DNA of 62,673 nt. Source: an uncultured Spirochaetales bacterium (GTDB taxonomy: Bacteria > Spirochaetota > Spirochaetia > CAYLLE01). The position numbers were made by a program, and so were the translations under genes. The notes beneath the pieces were generated by a model that did not search any database, was not told where the DNA came from, and was given only the letters and a program-made list of their open reading frames with translations. Every line of letters begins with the position of its first letter. Position 1 is the stretch's first letter. The stretch lies in assembly GCA_964384485.1 (NCBI GenBank), contig CAYLLE010000006.1, forward strand, positions 1-62,673, written 5' to 3'. This document shows positions 53,471-62,673 of this stretch, piece after piece.

Positions 53471-55250
53471 GATCCAGGGTTTTACTGTAATTAGGTTTTT
53501 CTCGCCATTCAGAGGGTATTCTGACAATTACCGTAGTTCCCATGCCTGCTCGGCTTTCAATTTCAATTCCATATGCGGTACCGTAGAATAGAGAAATTCT
53601 TTTCTGAACATTTGATAATCCGGAATCTGAAGACGTGCTTGTTAAATGAAGACTTCTCAATAAGAGATCCAGTTTTTCCTGATCCATACCTTTGCCCGTA
53701 TCTTTGATCTTAAAAATAATGATTCCGCCTTCTTCCACGGCTGTAATAAATATATCGCCGTCTCCGTCATGTATACCGTGAATTACTGCATTCTCAACTA
53801 TTGGCTGTATAATTAAATTTAAAATTTTCTTGTCATTTAAATCTTCAGAGATATCAATATGGAAAGTAAACCGACCGGAAAACCGGTGAGATTGAATGGC
53901 AAGGTAGCTTGTTATTCCAATGACCGCCTCTTTTACTGTTATGCACTCTTTGCCATTGTTGAAGACTGAGCGGTACAGATTGGATAAATCACGAACAATA
54001 CCGGATATTTCATCTACCCCGTTCCTTTTAGCAATCCAATTAATGGAGTCCAATGTGTTATATAAAAAATGGGGGTTGATCTGTGACTGCAGGAACTTCA
54101 ACTCCATTTCGGAGTGTAATGTTTTCTCCATGAATAGATCTTGAATCAGTTTTTTTGTGCGCCGCACCATACGGTTAAAACTCTCGAATAAATATCTGAA
54201 CTCATCACTTCCACCATTTCTCGGTGTATATACTTCGGGAGCAGAGGTATTGAAGTTTCCCCTCTCAACCCGTTCCATAAATGAGACTAAGAGCATGATT
54301 GGCTTATTTACACCGGATAAAATAATCCGGGATATCAGGAGGATTATTAGAGTTGATATACCAATAATTGAGCCGGCAAAGACTTTAAGAAACAACCTCT
54401 GTTCTCTGAGAAGTTCCCTAACCGGAATGAGCGCTAAAAGATTAAATTTATTTTCCGTATTCTCCGAACATATCATTAAGTAATCGGGTAAATATATATC
54501 CGTTATCTCTCTTTGAAGATGTTTGCTTTCCGACGTTATAGTGGTGAACAATTTATTTAATTCATTCTTGCGTTGTGAAGATATGATATTTCCCACGCGG
54601 TCTGTTAAGAAAAGATGAGTACCAGAATATGTTTTAATCCTGCTGATGATACTGTAGATGGAACTTTCAGAAAAGTTTATGCTTAGATAAACCTTTACCG
54701 GTATATCCCGGTTTATAATATCAAGCCTGCTCATCAGCGAAATATAATTCTTGTCACTCAAGTTACTGTCATGAAAGTGTCCGACCCAACGGTATGCTTC
54801 TTCTAAATTTTCTACCAAAGGAATCCAGTTGTTTTTCGGGAAATATCCTTGTGTAAATATATCCGGATCAGAGGTAAGCATGAGCGTTTTGCGGGGTATA
54901 TATAGATATATTGAATCAATTTTAGAGTTCAGTTCCGCCTGATACATTAGTTCAAGGGCAAAAGCATTAATTCTTTTTACATTTTCATAGGACTTTTGAT
55001 TATCCTGGTTTAGTTCTTTTGTTATACCGAGTAGTTCTTCGTTGGTGGATAGCAGTTGGGTTAATTCTTTTACCTGTTCAAACAGAAATGAAATATAGTA
55101 GTTGGTAAGATCAATTCCGTTCTGGATGGAATCGATAGTTTTAGATGTGATTATTCCAAATGTTATGCTGTATCCGACTATTGTACAGATAATAAAGAAA
55201 AGAAGAAGACTGAGGATAGGAATAATTAATCTGTTTTTTAGACTATGCAG
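53445..55250 (-). CDS. YesM-like sensor histidine kinase, probable non-canonical (CTG) start
   Basis: QSQINPHFLYNTL, QPIVENA, DTGKG. The frame stays open 101 codons upstream of ATG 54947 and includes the first TM helix. Confidence 0.85.
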   Translation of the reverse strand: MHSLKNRLIIPILSLLLFFIICTIVGYSITFGIITSKTIDSIQNGIDLTNYYISFLFEQVKELTQLLSTNEELLGITKELNQDNQKSYENVKRINAFALELMYQAELNSKIDSIYLYIPRKTLMLTSDPDIFTQGYFPKNNWIPLVENLEEAYRWVGHFHDSNLSDKNYISLMSRLDIINRDIPVKVYLSINFSESSIYSIISRIKTYSGTHLFLTDRVGNIISSQRKNELNKLFTTITSESKHLQREITDIYLPDYLMICSENTENKFNLLALIPVRELLREQRLFLKVFAGSIIGISTLIILLISRIILSGVNKPIMLLVSFMERVERGNFNTSAPEVYTPRNGGSDEFRYLFESFNRMVRRTKKLIQDLFMEKTLHSEMELKFLQSQINPHFLYNTLDSINWIAKRNGVDEISGIVRDLSNLYRSVFNNGKECITVKEAVIGITSYLAIQSHRFSGRFTFHIDISEDLNDKKILNLIIQPIVENAVIHGIHDGDGDIFITAVEEGGIIIFKIKDTGKGMDQEKLDLLLRSLHLTSTSSDSGLSNVQKRISLFYGTAYGIEIESRAGMGTTVIVRIPSEWREKPNYSKTLDLIRFGGTG

Positions 55251-55260
55251 CCGCGTGCTA

Positions 55261-56145
55261 CTACCCCTTAATTGACCCTATAAGTATACCTCTGGCGAAA
55301 TATTTTTGTAAATAGGGATAAACAATTATGACTGGTATCATAGAGAGAATAATGATCGCAGATGAGACTCCCTCAATATTCAAGTTCTGAGTATCCATTG
55401 CGCCTCCTGCCATCTGTTCAAACTGGTGCACCATTTCACGCTTAACTACGATCATTTCATTCAGCTTAACGGGAAAGGTGTATTTTTCCGGGGAATTTAT
55501 GAAAATTACTGCATGGAAAAACATATTCCAATATCCGACTCCGGTGAATAGGGCGATCGCTGCCAATACTGGTTTTGAAAGAGGGATAATGATTCGTGAG
55601 AAGATTATGAATTCGTTTGCTCCGTCCATCCTGGCCGATTCAGGCAGACTTGAAGGGATAGACCAGTAATAATTCCGTATGAGGATCATATTCCAGCCGT
55701 TAACAAATGACATCAGAATGAGACCGTTTATCTTGTCAATTAACCCTACAGCTTTTACGACAAGGTAAAGCGGTACCAATCCTCCGGAAAACATCATGGT
55801 GATTACAATCATGTAAATAAAAATCCGGTTACCCGGAAGATCACGTTTTGATAGTGTGTACGCTCCCATAGCGTTAAATGTCAACGCCACTAATGTACCT
55901 ACTGTCGTTATATAGATCGAGTTTAAAAAGGGTCGGTATATACCTTTATCACTAACCACAATTTTATAGTAAAACAATGATATTTTCCGAGGTATGAGAG
56001 AAAGTTCCAGCTCTCCACGGGGACCAATATCAAATGATTGTTTTAAAACAATGATGACCGGGAGTAATATCATCAATGTAAAAAGTCCAAATAAAGTAAT
56101 ATTAATAATGTTGAATATTTTCTCCCCTCTGCTTAATGCTATCAT
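55261..56145 (-). CDS. Carbohydrate ABC transporter permease
   Basis: MFSGGLVP, ESARMDGA EAA loop, YPYLQKYF. Confidence 0.95.
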   Translation of the reverse strand: MIALSRGEKIFNIINITLFGLFTLMILLPVIIVLKQSFDIGPRGELELSLIPRKISLFYYKIVVSDKGIYRPFLNSIYITTVGTLVALTFNAMGAYTLSKRDLPGNRIFIYMIVITMMFSGGLVPLYLVVKAVGLIDKINGLILMSFVNGWNMILIRNYYWSIPSSLPESARMDGANEFIIFSRIIIPLSKPVLAAIALFTGVGYWNMFFHAVIFINSPEKYTFPVKLNEMIVVKREMVHQFEQMAGGAMDTQNLNIEGVSSAIIILSMIPVIIVYPYLQKYFARGILIGSIKG

Positions 56146-56157
56146 TGTTGCCTCCCG

Positions 56158-57108
56158 TTATAGAATTCCCCGTTTATCTTCCGTAAGCTTTTTGCTCAAG
56201 ATATTGGCAAATAATACCATTACCAAACTGATCGTTGATTTAAAAAGACCTACTGCAGTCGCATATGGGAATTTTGCTTGAACCACTCCTAAGTTGTAAA
56301 CATAGGTATCAATAACCTCCGCGGAGGATTGGATCATGGGGTTCTTCAGTACATATATCGGTTCAAACAAAGTTAAGACATGGGTAAAAGAAAGAACAAA
56401 AACTACGAGGATTATCGGTTTGATAGATGGTAGGGTTATATATATTGCTTGTTTCAGACGTCCGGCACCGTCAATAACGGCTGATTCATAGAGTTCGGGA
56501 TTAACTCCGGCTAAAGCCGCAAGATATATAATGGCGGAATATCCAATATCCTTCCAACCCCGGAGAAAAGTGAATAAAAATGGAAAGAGTTTAGATTTTG
56601 ACATAAAAAAGATTGGTTCTCCACCGAAAAATTTTATCACTTCGTTGACATATCCTGTGGTGGGGGAAAGGATAGATATCCATATTCCAGCAATCACTAC
56701 CCAGGAAATGAAGTGGGGAAGGGTTGAAATTGTCTGAACCGTTTTCTTGTATTTTCGAATCCGGATTTCATTCAGGAGAAGGGCTAAGATGATGGGGGCG
56801 GGGAATAGAAATATATATCTTAACAGGACAAAAAACCATGTATTTATAAATGACTTCCAAAAAAAAGGCAGCCTGAAAATGAATTTGAAATTCTCAAAGC
56901 CGACCCATCCTTTAAATCCGCTGACACGGTAATCGGCAAAAGCTATAAGGATACCTACGATAGGAAGATAATGAAAAATGATATAGTAAATAATCGGCAC
57001 GGCAATCATGCCGTAGAGAATAAAATAATCCAGTTTGTAATAGATCTTATTTTTTGTTTTTTTTAATGAGGGAACATTCATTTTCTTAATTTCTTTTGCT
57101 GCTTTCAT
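56158..57108 (-). CDS. Carbohydrate ABC transporter permease (LplB-like)
   Basis: LPHFISWVV, LYESAVIDGA; start uncertain. Confidence 0.93.
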   Translation of the reverse strand: MKAAKEIKKMNVPSLKKTKNKIYYKLDYFILYGMIAVPIIYYIIFHYLPIVGILIAFADYRVSGFKGWVGFENFKFIFRLPFFWKSFINTWFFVLLRYIFLFPAPIILALLLNEIRIRKYKKTVQTISTLPHFISWVVIAGIWISILSPTTGYVNEVIKFFGGEPIFFMSKSKLFPFLFTFLRGWKDIGYSAIIYLAALAGVNPELYESAVIDGAGRLKQAIYITLPSIKPIILVVFVLSFTHVLTLFEPIYVLKNPMIQSSAEVIDTYVYNLGVVQAKFPYATAVGLFKSTISLVMVLFANILSKKLTEDKRGIL

Positions 57109-57147
57109 TGATTTACCATATTCCCGATGTTGATAATCAAAAGGGAA

Positions 57148-57171
57148 GCGCCCGGATCTTCTTCCGGGCGC
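57148..57171 (-). terminator. Intercistronic hairpin after the binding-protein gene
   Basis: GCGCCCGGA-6 nt-TCCGGGCGC, followed by TTCCCTTTT on the minus strand. Confidence 0.65.
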
Positions 57172-57186
57172 CATACTTTTTAATAC

Positions 57187-58752
57187 TTAATAAGTATAGA
57201 AAGCGTCATGGTCCAAGCCTACAGCTTCGTTTGCTTCGATAAGAATATTTTGCGCTCCCAAAGCTTTGACCTGTCTCCGGTATGTGTCAACACATTCCTG
57301 AGGGGTTATCTCTCCCAATGTTACCTTTGCTATAAGTTCTTCAAATATTTTCCGGATGTCGCTTATGATGTTCGTATACGTAGGAGAAATTGCTACATCA
57401 AATTTTCCAGGACATTCATAAACAATTCCTGTTTGCTTGGCCCTTGCTATTATCTCGTTATGCTCTTTTGCAAGGGTTAAGCTTTCCTCCATTTCCTGCT
57501 CAGTACCTTCGGTTATGATTGGATAATCTTGCTCTTCCCAGTTCGGATGTCGAGAAAAGATCCCGGGTGTGGTGTAAGGGTTCTCTGTATCCGGATCTTT
57601 GAGTCGAACAACAGTACCAGCATCCAACTTGAATGTTTTTCCTTCTATACCGTGTGCTCCCCAGAGAAATCTGCGGTCATCACCGTAAAATGTGGTTACA
57701 AAATCATTCACCATTTTTTTCGGATTTTCTGTTGATGAGAGAAGTGACCAGGGTGATCCACCGGTTACAGCATGATTAATGTTTTTCTGCCGATTGCCTT
57801 TTATGCCCATTATGAGACCGACTTCACCGTCTGGAACATTCTTTTGGAGTTCCGTGGTACCGGCGCCCAGTCCCCAGCTAAGCCAGTAGAATGTTGAACC
57901 GTACTTTCCAGACCAGAATTTTTCCCGCATTGTGCTTCCCTTGTTAGTAAAAACTTCCGGATCTAGAATCCCGTCTCGGTATATCATGCTCATATATTCC
58001 AGGGCTTCGAGCATTTCCGGTTTCAGCATGCTATCTACCCACTGATCTTGGTTGGGATCCCAAACTATGGGATCAGCACCGAAGTTATTAAGACGGGCAT
58101 CAAATGTTTGAAATATATCCTGCAGATTCCAGGTTCCGGCGGATACCATTCCATATGTATCATCCTTACCGTTTCCGTCGGGATCCTCCTGGACAAACGC
58201 CTTCATCACCGCAGTTAACTGATCGATGGTTTCCGGTTGGTTCATGTTCAGCGTTTCGAGCCAATCCTTACGAATGACCCTTGCGAACGCAGATCCCTGC
58301 CATCCGTTTGGTATGGCGTAGGTAATACCATCGTACTGAAAGAGTGCCTTGAAATAATCAGGAAGAGCTTTCCATGTAGCATTATCTTTAAGATATTCAT
58401 CCAAGGGTTCAATCGTACCGTCATCAATAGCTTTAAGAACATCACCTGGTGTGAAAAGAGATACCAGTCCTGTTAATTCACCGGATGTGATCATTAAGTT
58501 TACCTTTTCCATGTAGTTGTTTCGGGGCAGCGCATTTACTTTAAGGTTAACTCCAAACTCATCGTAGAAGCTGTCGATGAATTCTTCTTTTAAATCCGGA
58601 TCGTCCGATGAATCACCAAAATAAAAAACCTTAGTAAGTTCAATGAAAGGTTCGTCACCTTCCTCACTGGTAGCTGTTTCCGATTCACCTTTTGCCCATA
58701 TCCAGGCAACAGCCAGAAGCAGCATTAATAGTAAAAGACTTAGCTTTTTCAT
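57187..58752 (-). CDS. Sugar ABC transporter extracellular solute-binding protein
   Basis: Signal peptide ending WAKGESE, IRKDWLETL, DPDGNGKDDTYG; AGGAGG SD. Confidence 0.93.
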   Translation of the reverse strand: MKKLSLLLLMLLLAVAWIWAKGESETATSEEGDEPFIELTKVFYFGDSSDDPDLKEEFIDSFYDEFGVNLKVNALPRNNYMEKVNLMITSGELTGLVSLFTPGDVLKAIDDGTIEPLDEYLKDNATWKALPDYFKALFQYDGITYAIPNGWQGSAFARVIRKDWLETLNMNQPETIDQLTAVMKAFVQEDPDGNGKDDTYGMVSAGTWNLQDIFQTFDARLNNFGADPIVWDPNQDQWVDSMLKPEMLEALEYMSMIYRDGILDPEVFTNKGSTMREKFWSGKYGSTFYWLSWGLGAGTTELQKNVPDGEVGLIMGIKGNRQKNINHAVTGGSPWSLLSSTENPKKMVNDFVTTFYGDDRRFLWGAHGIEGKTFKLDAGTVVRLKDPDTENPYTTPGIFSRHPNWEEQDYPIITEGTEQEMEESLTLAKEHNEIIARAKQTGIVYECPGKFDVAISPTYTNIISDIRKIFEELIAKVTLGEITPQECVDTYRRQVKALGAQNILIEANEAVGLDHDAFYTY

Positions 58753-58954
58753 TAAAGACCTCCTTAATCTAATGTATTAGCTAATTTCTTCCTTATGGTA
58801 ATATTGATAACTGAGAATGCAAGGGGGATTTATTTAAGGAATTACCGGATTTTTTTTAAATTAAATGACCCATTTTATTTCTTTTTGTTTCTAAACAGCG
58901 CCGGAAGGCTCCGCGTGGACAGCTGTTTCTGCTCATTGTATACTTAGTATAGTC

Positions 58955-59608
58955 ATGAATAAACCTTTTGTAACGGTCTCCTACGCCCAGACGATCGACG
59001 GCAGAACGGCAACCCTGACCGAGGAATCTCAATGGATTTCCGGTGAAGCTTCTCTTAATTTGGCTCATACCCTCAGGAGAGATAACGATGCCGTCGCCGT
59101 AGGAATCGGCACAGTATTAGCTGATAACCCGCTGCTCACCTGCCGGATAACCGATCCTCCAAGTAGTCCTCTCCGGGTAATCTATGACAGCGAATTGCGG
59201 ATTCCCCTGGATTCCGAGCTTATCTCCACGGCAGGGGAATATCCCCTGTGTGTCATCACCAAGGAAAAATATGATCCGGAAAAAGCTTCTGTCCTTACAA
59301 GATTCGGTGCAAAACTGATACCGGTAAAAAAAAGGGGAAAAGGACTATCAGTCACGGATAGTCTCGATGCCCTGGTTTCCCAAGGGGTGCGGAGTGTATA
59401 TGTGGAGGGCGGTGCCGGTTTGATTACCTCTTTTCTGAAAGAAAGGCTTGTGGACCGGATGATCATTGTCACCGCTCCGATTATCCTGGGAAAGGGGATG
59501 GAAGGAATCGGTGATCTGGGTATACGGAGCCTTAAGGAAGCGGTCCGACCCCGGAGGGTAAGAACCCGCATGATCGGAGATGACATGGTTTGGGATCTGG
59601 AGCTTTAA
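58955..59608 (+). CDS. RibD C-terminal (pyrimidine reductase) domain protein
   Basis: YAQTIDG, VGIGTVLADNP, VEGGA. Confidence 0.92.
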   Translation: MNKPFVTVSYAQTIDGRTATLTEESQWISGEASLNLAHTLRRDNDAVAVGIGTVLADNPLLTCRITDPPSSPLRVIYDSELRIPLDSELISTAGEYPLCVITKEKYDPEKASVLTRFGAKLIPVKKRGKGLSVTDSLDALVSQGVRSVYVEGGAGLITSFLKERLVDRMIIVTAPIILGKGMEGIGDLGIRSLKEAVRPRRVRTRMIGDDMVWDLEL

Positions 59609-60715
59609 ATGGCCGGTGACTGCGGCAGGTGTCTGTATTTTACCGGTAAGAACAGCGTTGAGATCCGGCAGGAGCATCTTACGCGGAAGCCCGGTCAGCT
59701 CCTGGTGGAGTCGCTCTATATGGGGATCAGTTCGGGGACGGAGATGCTTTTTTACCGGGGAGAAATATCCGAAGGCACTGTTTTAGATGAATCCCTATCC
59801 GCTTTACAAGGCGGACTTGAGTATCCGGTCAAATACGGCTACATCAATGTGGGAACAGAAGAGACGGGACGGAATGTTTTTGCCTTTTTTCCGCACCAGG
59901 ACCGGTTTTACATCGATCCGGACGAAGTAATACCGCTTCCTCCGGATATGACCCTGGAAGAGGGTGTTTTTATTCCCACCATGGAAACCGCTCTGGCAAT
60001 TCATCAGTCCCTGAATGCCGAACCCGGCGCTTCCGGGGAGGTAATATGGCCGGATATATCCACCGGCTGATGATCAGTTTTCTGAGTGAGAACGGCGCCG
60101 GCCCGGAGAAATTCATCAAGTCCCGGGTGACCGTATGGGAATCCCCCGAAGCCTTCCGGTACATCCGGAAGCGTTACGGAAACGGAAAAAATGTAACCTG
60201 CGTACACGGAGCTGTCGGCAGCCGGAGCGGAAAAGCTTTCCTCTACAAAGACCCGGGAAACCCGACTCTCTCAACCGTATCTGTATCCTGGATAAACCGG
60301 ATGAAGACGAAACCGTCCTTCCGGAACGTCTCATGGAGAGAGAAAGAAGAAGTTCCGATGATGACCCTGGATACGCTCATCGCTCATTGGGAAATACGGC
60401 ATTCCCGAATTCTGTAAAATCGATACCGAAGGAACGGAAGACCAGGTATTGGAAGGGTGTTCCCGTCCCCTTCCGGCCCTGTCATTTGAATATCTGCCGA
60501 TGGAAAAAGAAACGGCTATCCGGTGTCTCCGTCATCTGGAACATATCGGCCGGTACCGGTACAATGTTTCGGTCCGGGAAACGATGCGTTTCCGGTGGGG
60601 GGATTGGACCGGCGGGGATGAAATCCTCGGGTTCTTAAACGGCTTGTCTGAGAATGCCCCGTCAGGAGATGTGTACGCCGTGAGACAAGGAGAGAAGGAT
60701 GAAACAGAAAATTAA
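59609..60715 (+). pseudogene. Chimeric pseudogene: Zn-dehydrogenase N-terminus + QueD/PTPS-like C-terminus + FkbM methyltransferase C-terminus
   Basis: ISSGTE/YGY/FFPHQ, then VTVWESPEA, then FCKIDTEG/LSFEY; frameshifts near 60044 and at 60374-60387. Confidence 0.8.
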
Positions 60716-61727
60716 AACAGCAATTCTGGGTTACGGCCGGAGCGGCAGTACCATGCACGCCGGTGCCATCGAAAACATCGGTGATTTTGAGATGACCGCG
60801 GTCTGCGACATTGACCCGGAACGGCAGAAGCAGGCGGTGGAAAGATTCGGCTGCAGGATTTACAGCGATTATAAGGAAATGCTTTCCCGGGAAGAGCTTG
60901 ATATCGTGTGTGTGGTAACCAGGAGCGATCAGCACTGCGACATGACCTGTGACTGTCTGGAAGCCGGGACAGATGTCCTTGTAACCAAGCCCTGGGCGGT
61001 GAACGCCGGGGAAGGGGAGCGGATGCGGAAGGCTGAAGAAAAAAGCGGAAGGCGGATCTTCCCGTGGCTTCCTGCCCGGTGGGGGTCCGACCTAAAGCGG
61101 CTTCGGGAACTCCTTGAGCAGGGCGCAATCGGCAATCCTTTTATGATCAGGAGAACCGTAGTCAGTTTCGGTGTCCGTGATGATTGGCAGACGGAGAAGA
61201 AATACGGCGGCGGATATATCCTCAACTGGGGTCCGCACATTCTGGATCCCCCGATACTGCTTGCCGGCAGCCCGGCCGCCCAAGTCTACGGCAAAACCGG
61301 AAAGGTCAATAACCCCGGAGACGGAGAAGATTTTTTCTTTGCCCTGATTACCTGTAAAAACGGGATGATTATCACCGCTGAATTCGCGGTATCTTCGGAA
61401 GATCTGCCAAACTGGGTGGTAATGGGTGACCGGGGAACTATCGTGGTACGGGGAAAAGAGATAACCATTCATAAACAGACACCGAGCCGTCCCTCGGATC
61501 CGACAAAGTACACCGATATGCAGGCGGAAAAGGAATCCATTGAAACTGAAACACTTACTCCGGATACCTACGGAGATGCTGAAGCCGTGTATCGGGAAAT
61601 CGCCGCCGCCTTTCAGAACGGCACTCCTTTCGCGGTAACATCGGAAGACGCATTGGAATTGTCCCGGGTGTTTGACGGCATAAAAGACGCGGCCGAAACG
61701 GGCAAGGCTATAAAGCTAATCACTTAA
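60699..61727 (+). CDS. Gfo/Idh/MocA family oxidoreductase
   Basis: ILGYGRSG, VCDID, VTKP, GGYILNWGPH. Confidence 0.92.
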   Translation: MKQKIKTAILGYGRSGSTMHAGAIENIGDFEMTAVCDIDPERQKQAVERFGCRIYSDYKEMLSREELDIVCVVTRSDQHCDMTCDCLEAGTDVLVTKPWAVNAGEGERMRKAEEKSGRRIFPWLPARWGSDLKRLRELLEQGAIGNPFMIRRTVVSFGVRDDWQTEKKYGGGYILNWGPHILDPPILLAGSPAAQVYGKTGKVNNPGDGEDFFFALITCKNGMIITAEFAVSSEDLPNWVVMGDRGTIVVRGKEITIHKQTPSRPSDPTKYTDMQAEKESIETETLTPDTYGDAEAVYREIAAAFQNGTPFAVTSEDALELSRVFDGIKDAAETGKAIKLIT

Positions 61728-61735
61728 GCAATTTT

Positions 61736-61830
61736 GACTGTTGCGAAAATTGTTGTTTCAGTGAAAAATTGAACATAAATCCTTACAAGAAAACGGTTTT
61801 TAAGGACCAACAACAATTTTCGCAACAGTC
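61736..61830. mobile_element. Second MITE-like element (95 bp, perfect 22-bp terminal inverted repeats)
   Basis: GACTGTTGCGAAAATTGTTGTT (61736-61757) and its exact reverse complement (61809-61830), between convergent genes. Confidence 0.7.
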
Positions 61831-61839
61831 CTTATTAAC

Positions 61840-62550
61840 TCAGACCCTGGTGTCCGGGATTCGGGATTTTTCCAGCTCCCGGATAACCCGGGGATAATTT
61901 TCCAACGCTTTCCTGCCGGACCTGTTCAGGCGGTACATACCTCTGCCGGTCCGGTCAAACCATCCGTAAAAATTCCTGGCTAGGATGGGCTGTGTCTTTT
62001 CCGAACAACCTTTAGCTCTAAGGTCCTTCGGACTTGAGGGACCGGATTCCTTTAGGAAGAACGCCACTTTTATTGCCTGCTGCTTGTAGGATGTTAACCG
62101 TTCCTCAGTGACCGGTATTCCTCCCCGGGTAAACTCCCCGTATCGGCCGTCAATTTCCCGGATAATGGCATGCCGTTTCCGGTGCATTCTCCGGACTGTA
62201 TGCTCCGCGGGATGAAGAAGAACCTCTACCTTCGTCTTGGTTTTCATAAACCTGACCAGGATCAGCCCTGTCTCAAGCTTTCTCAAGAGTTTTACCACCC
62301 CTTTCTGGTTCGGGATAGAACGTTTTCCCGGAGGGACCGGCACCGCGGCGTATACCGATTCGGTAATTTCCTTCCGGTCCGCGATCTGGACGAGCAGGGA
62401 GACGCTCATTCGGGTTTTTAGTTCGATCAGGATCAGTTCGTTATTCCGTCTGGCGGCGATGTCGCAGTTTTTTACTTCCCCGCTAACCGAGTATCCCTGA
62501 TGTTCTAAATACGTTTTCAGCGGGTGGTAAAGGTCTGCTTCTTTTATCAT
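61840..62550 (-). CDS. DUF2161-like putative PD-(D/E)XK protein
   Basis: EADLYHPLK, GEVKNCD, IELK, TSYKQQA, NFYGWF; TTGTTT-17-TAGAAT lies 7 nt before ATG. Confidence 0.85.
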   Translation of the reverse strand: MIKEADLYHPLKTYLEHQGYSVSGEVKNCDIAARRNNELILIELKTRMSVSLLVQIADRKEITESVYAAVPVPPGKRSIPNQKGVVKLLRKLETGLILVRFMKTKTKVEVLLHPAEHTVRRMHRKRHAIIREIDGRYGEFTRGGIPVTEERLTSYKQQAIKVAFFLKESGPSSPKDLRAKGCSEKTQPILARNFYGWFDRTGRGMYRLNRSGRKALENYPRVIRELEKSRIPDTRV

Positions 62551-62673
62551 CCTGTCTATTCTAAGAAAGTCTTCCGAATGAAACAAGTGACCGGTTTTCA
62601 TTCGTTCAGAAAATTATTATTCTAAATATACATTACCGGCGGAGCAGGAGGAATCATTGTCCATATATAAAGT

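Noticed and set aside
61840-62550. DUF2161-like nuclease-fold gene as an anti-phage defence system
   Set aside because: Solitary gene with no defence-island neighbours in the window.

Overview
This is a 62.7-kb bacterial chromosomal segment; a Spirochaetales-like free-living anaerobe is my inference from gene content. It carries about 50 CDS, mostly for carbohydrate catabolism (two GH4, GH31, a GH63/65-like hydrolase, sulfatase, sialidase-like protein, GalK, and a sugar ABC transporter with a YesM/YesN pair in an AT-rich island), signalling and housekeeping. I saw no rRNA, tRNA, CRISPR array, transposase or integrase. The clearest unexplained structure is a family of ~90-bp intergenic hairpin elements (CGGCAATT...AATTGCTG): 5 full-length, 1 edge-truncated and 1 remnant. 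Their arms co-vary, two insertions have 9-bp target duplications (one brackets a back-to-back doublet), and two ends appear to donate -35 boxes. Other notable items are a GNAT-histidine kinase fusion divergent from a KaiC-like/PEP-synthetase-like protein next to gdhA and an atypical cyclase; a double-terminator attenuator with uORF upstream of an ABC-F gene; a candidate anti-SD sRNA; a sensor kinase with no canonical start codon; a collapsed three-gene chimeric pseudogene; and repeated leaderless-type promoters. Product names come from motif recognition only; no database searches were run.
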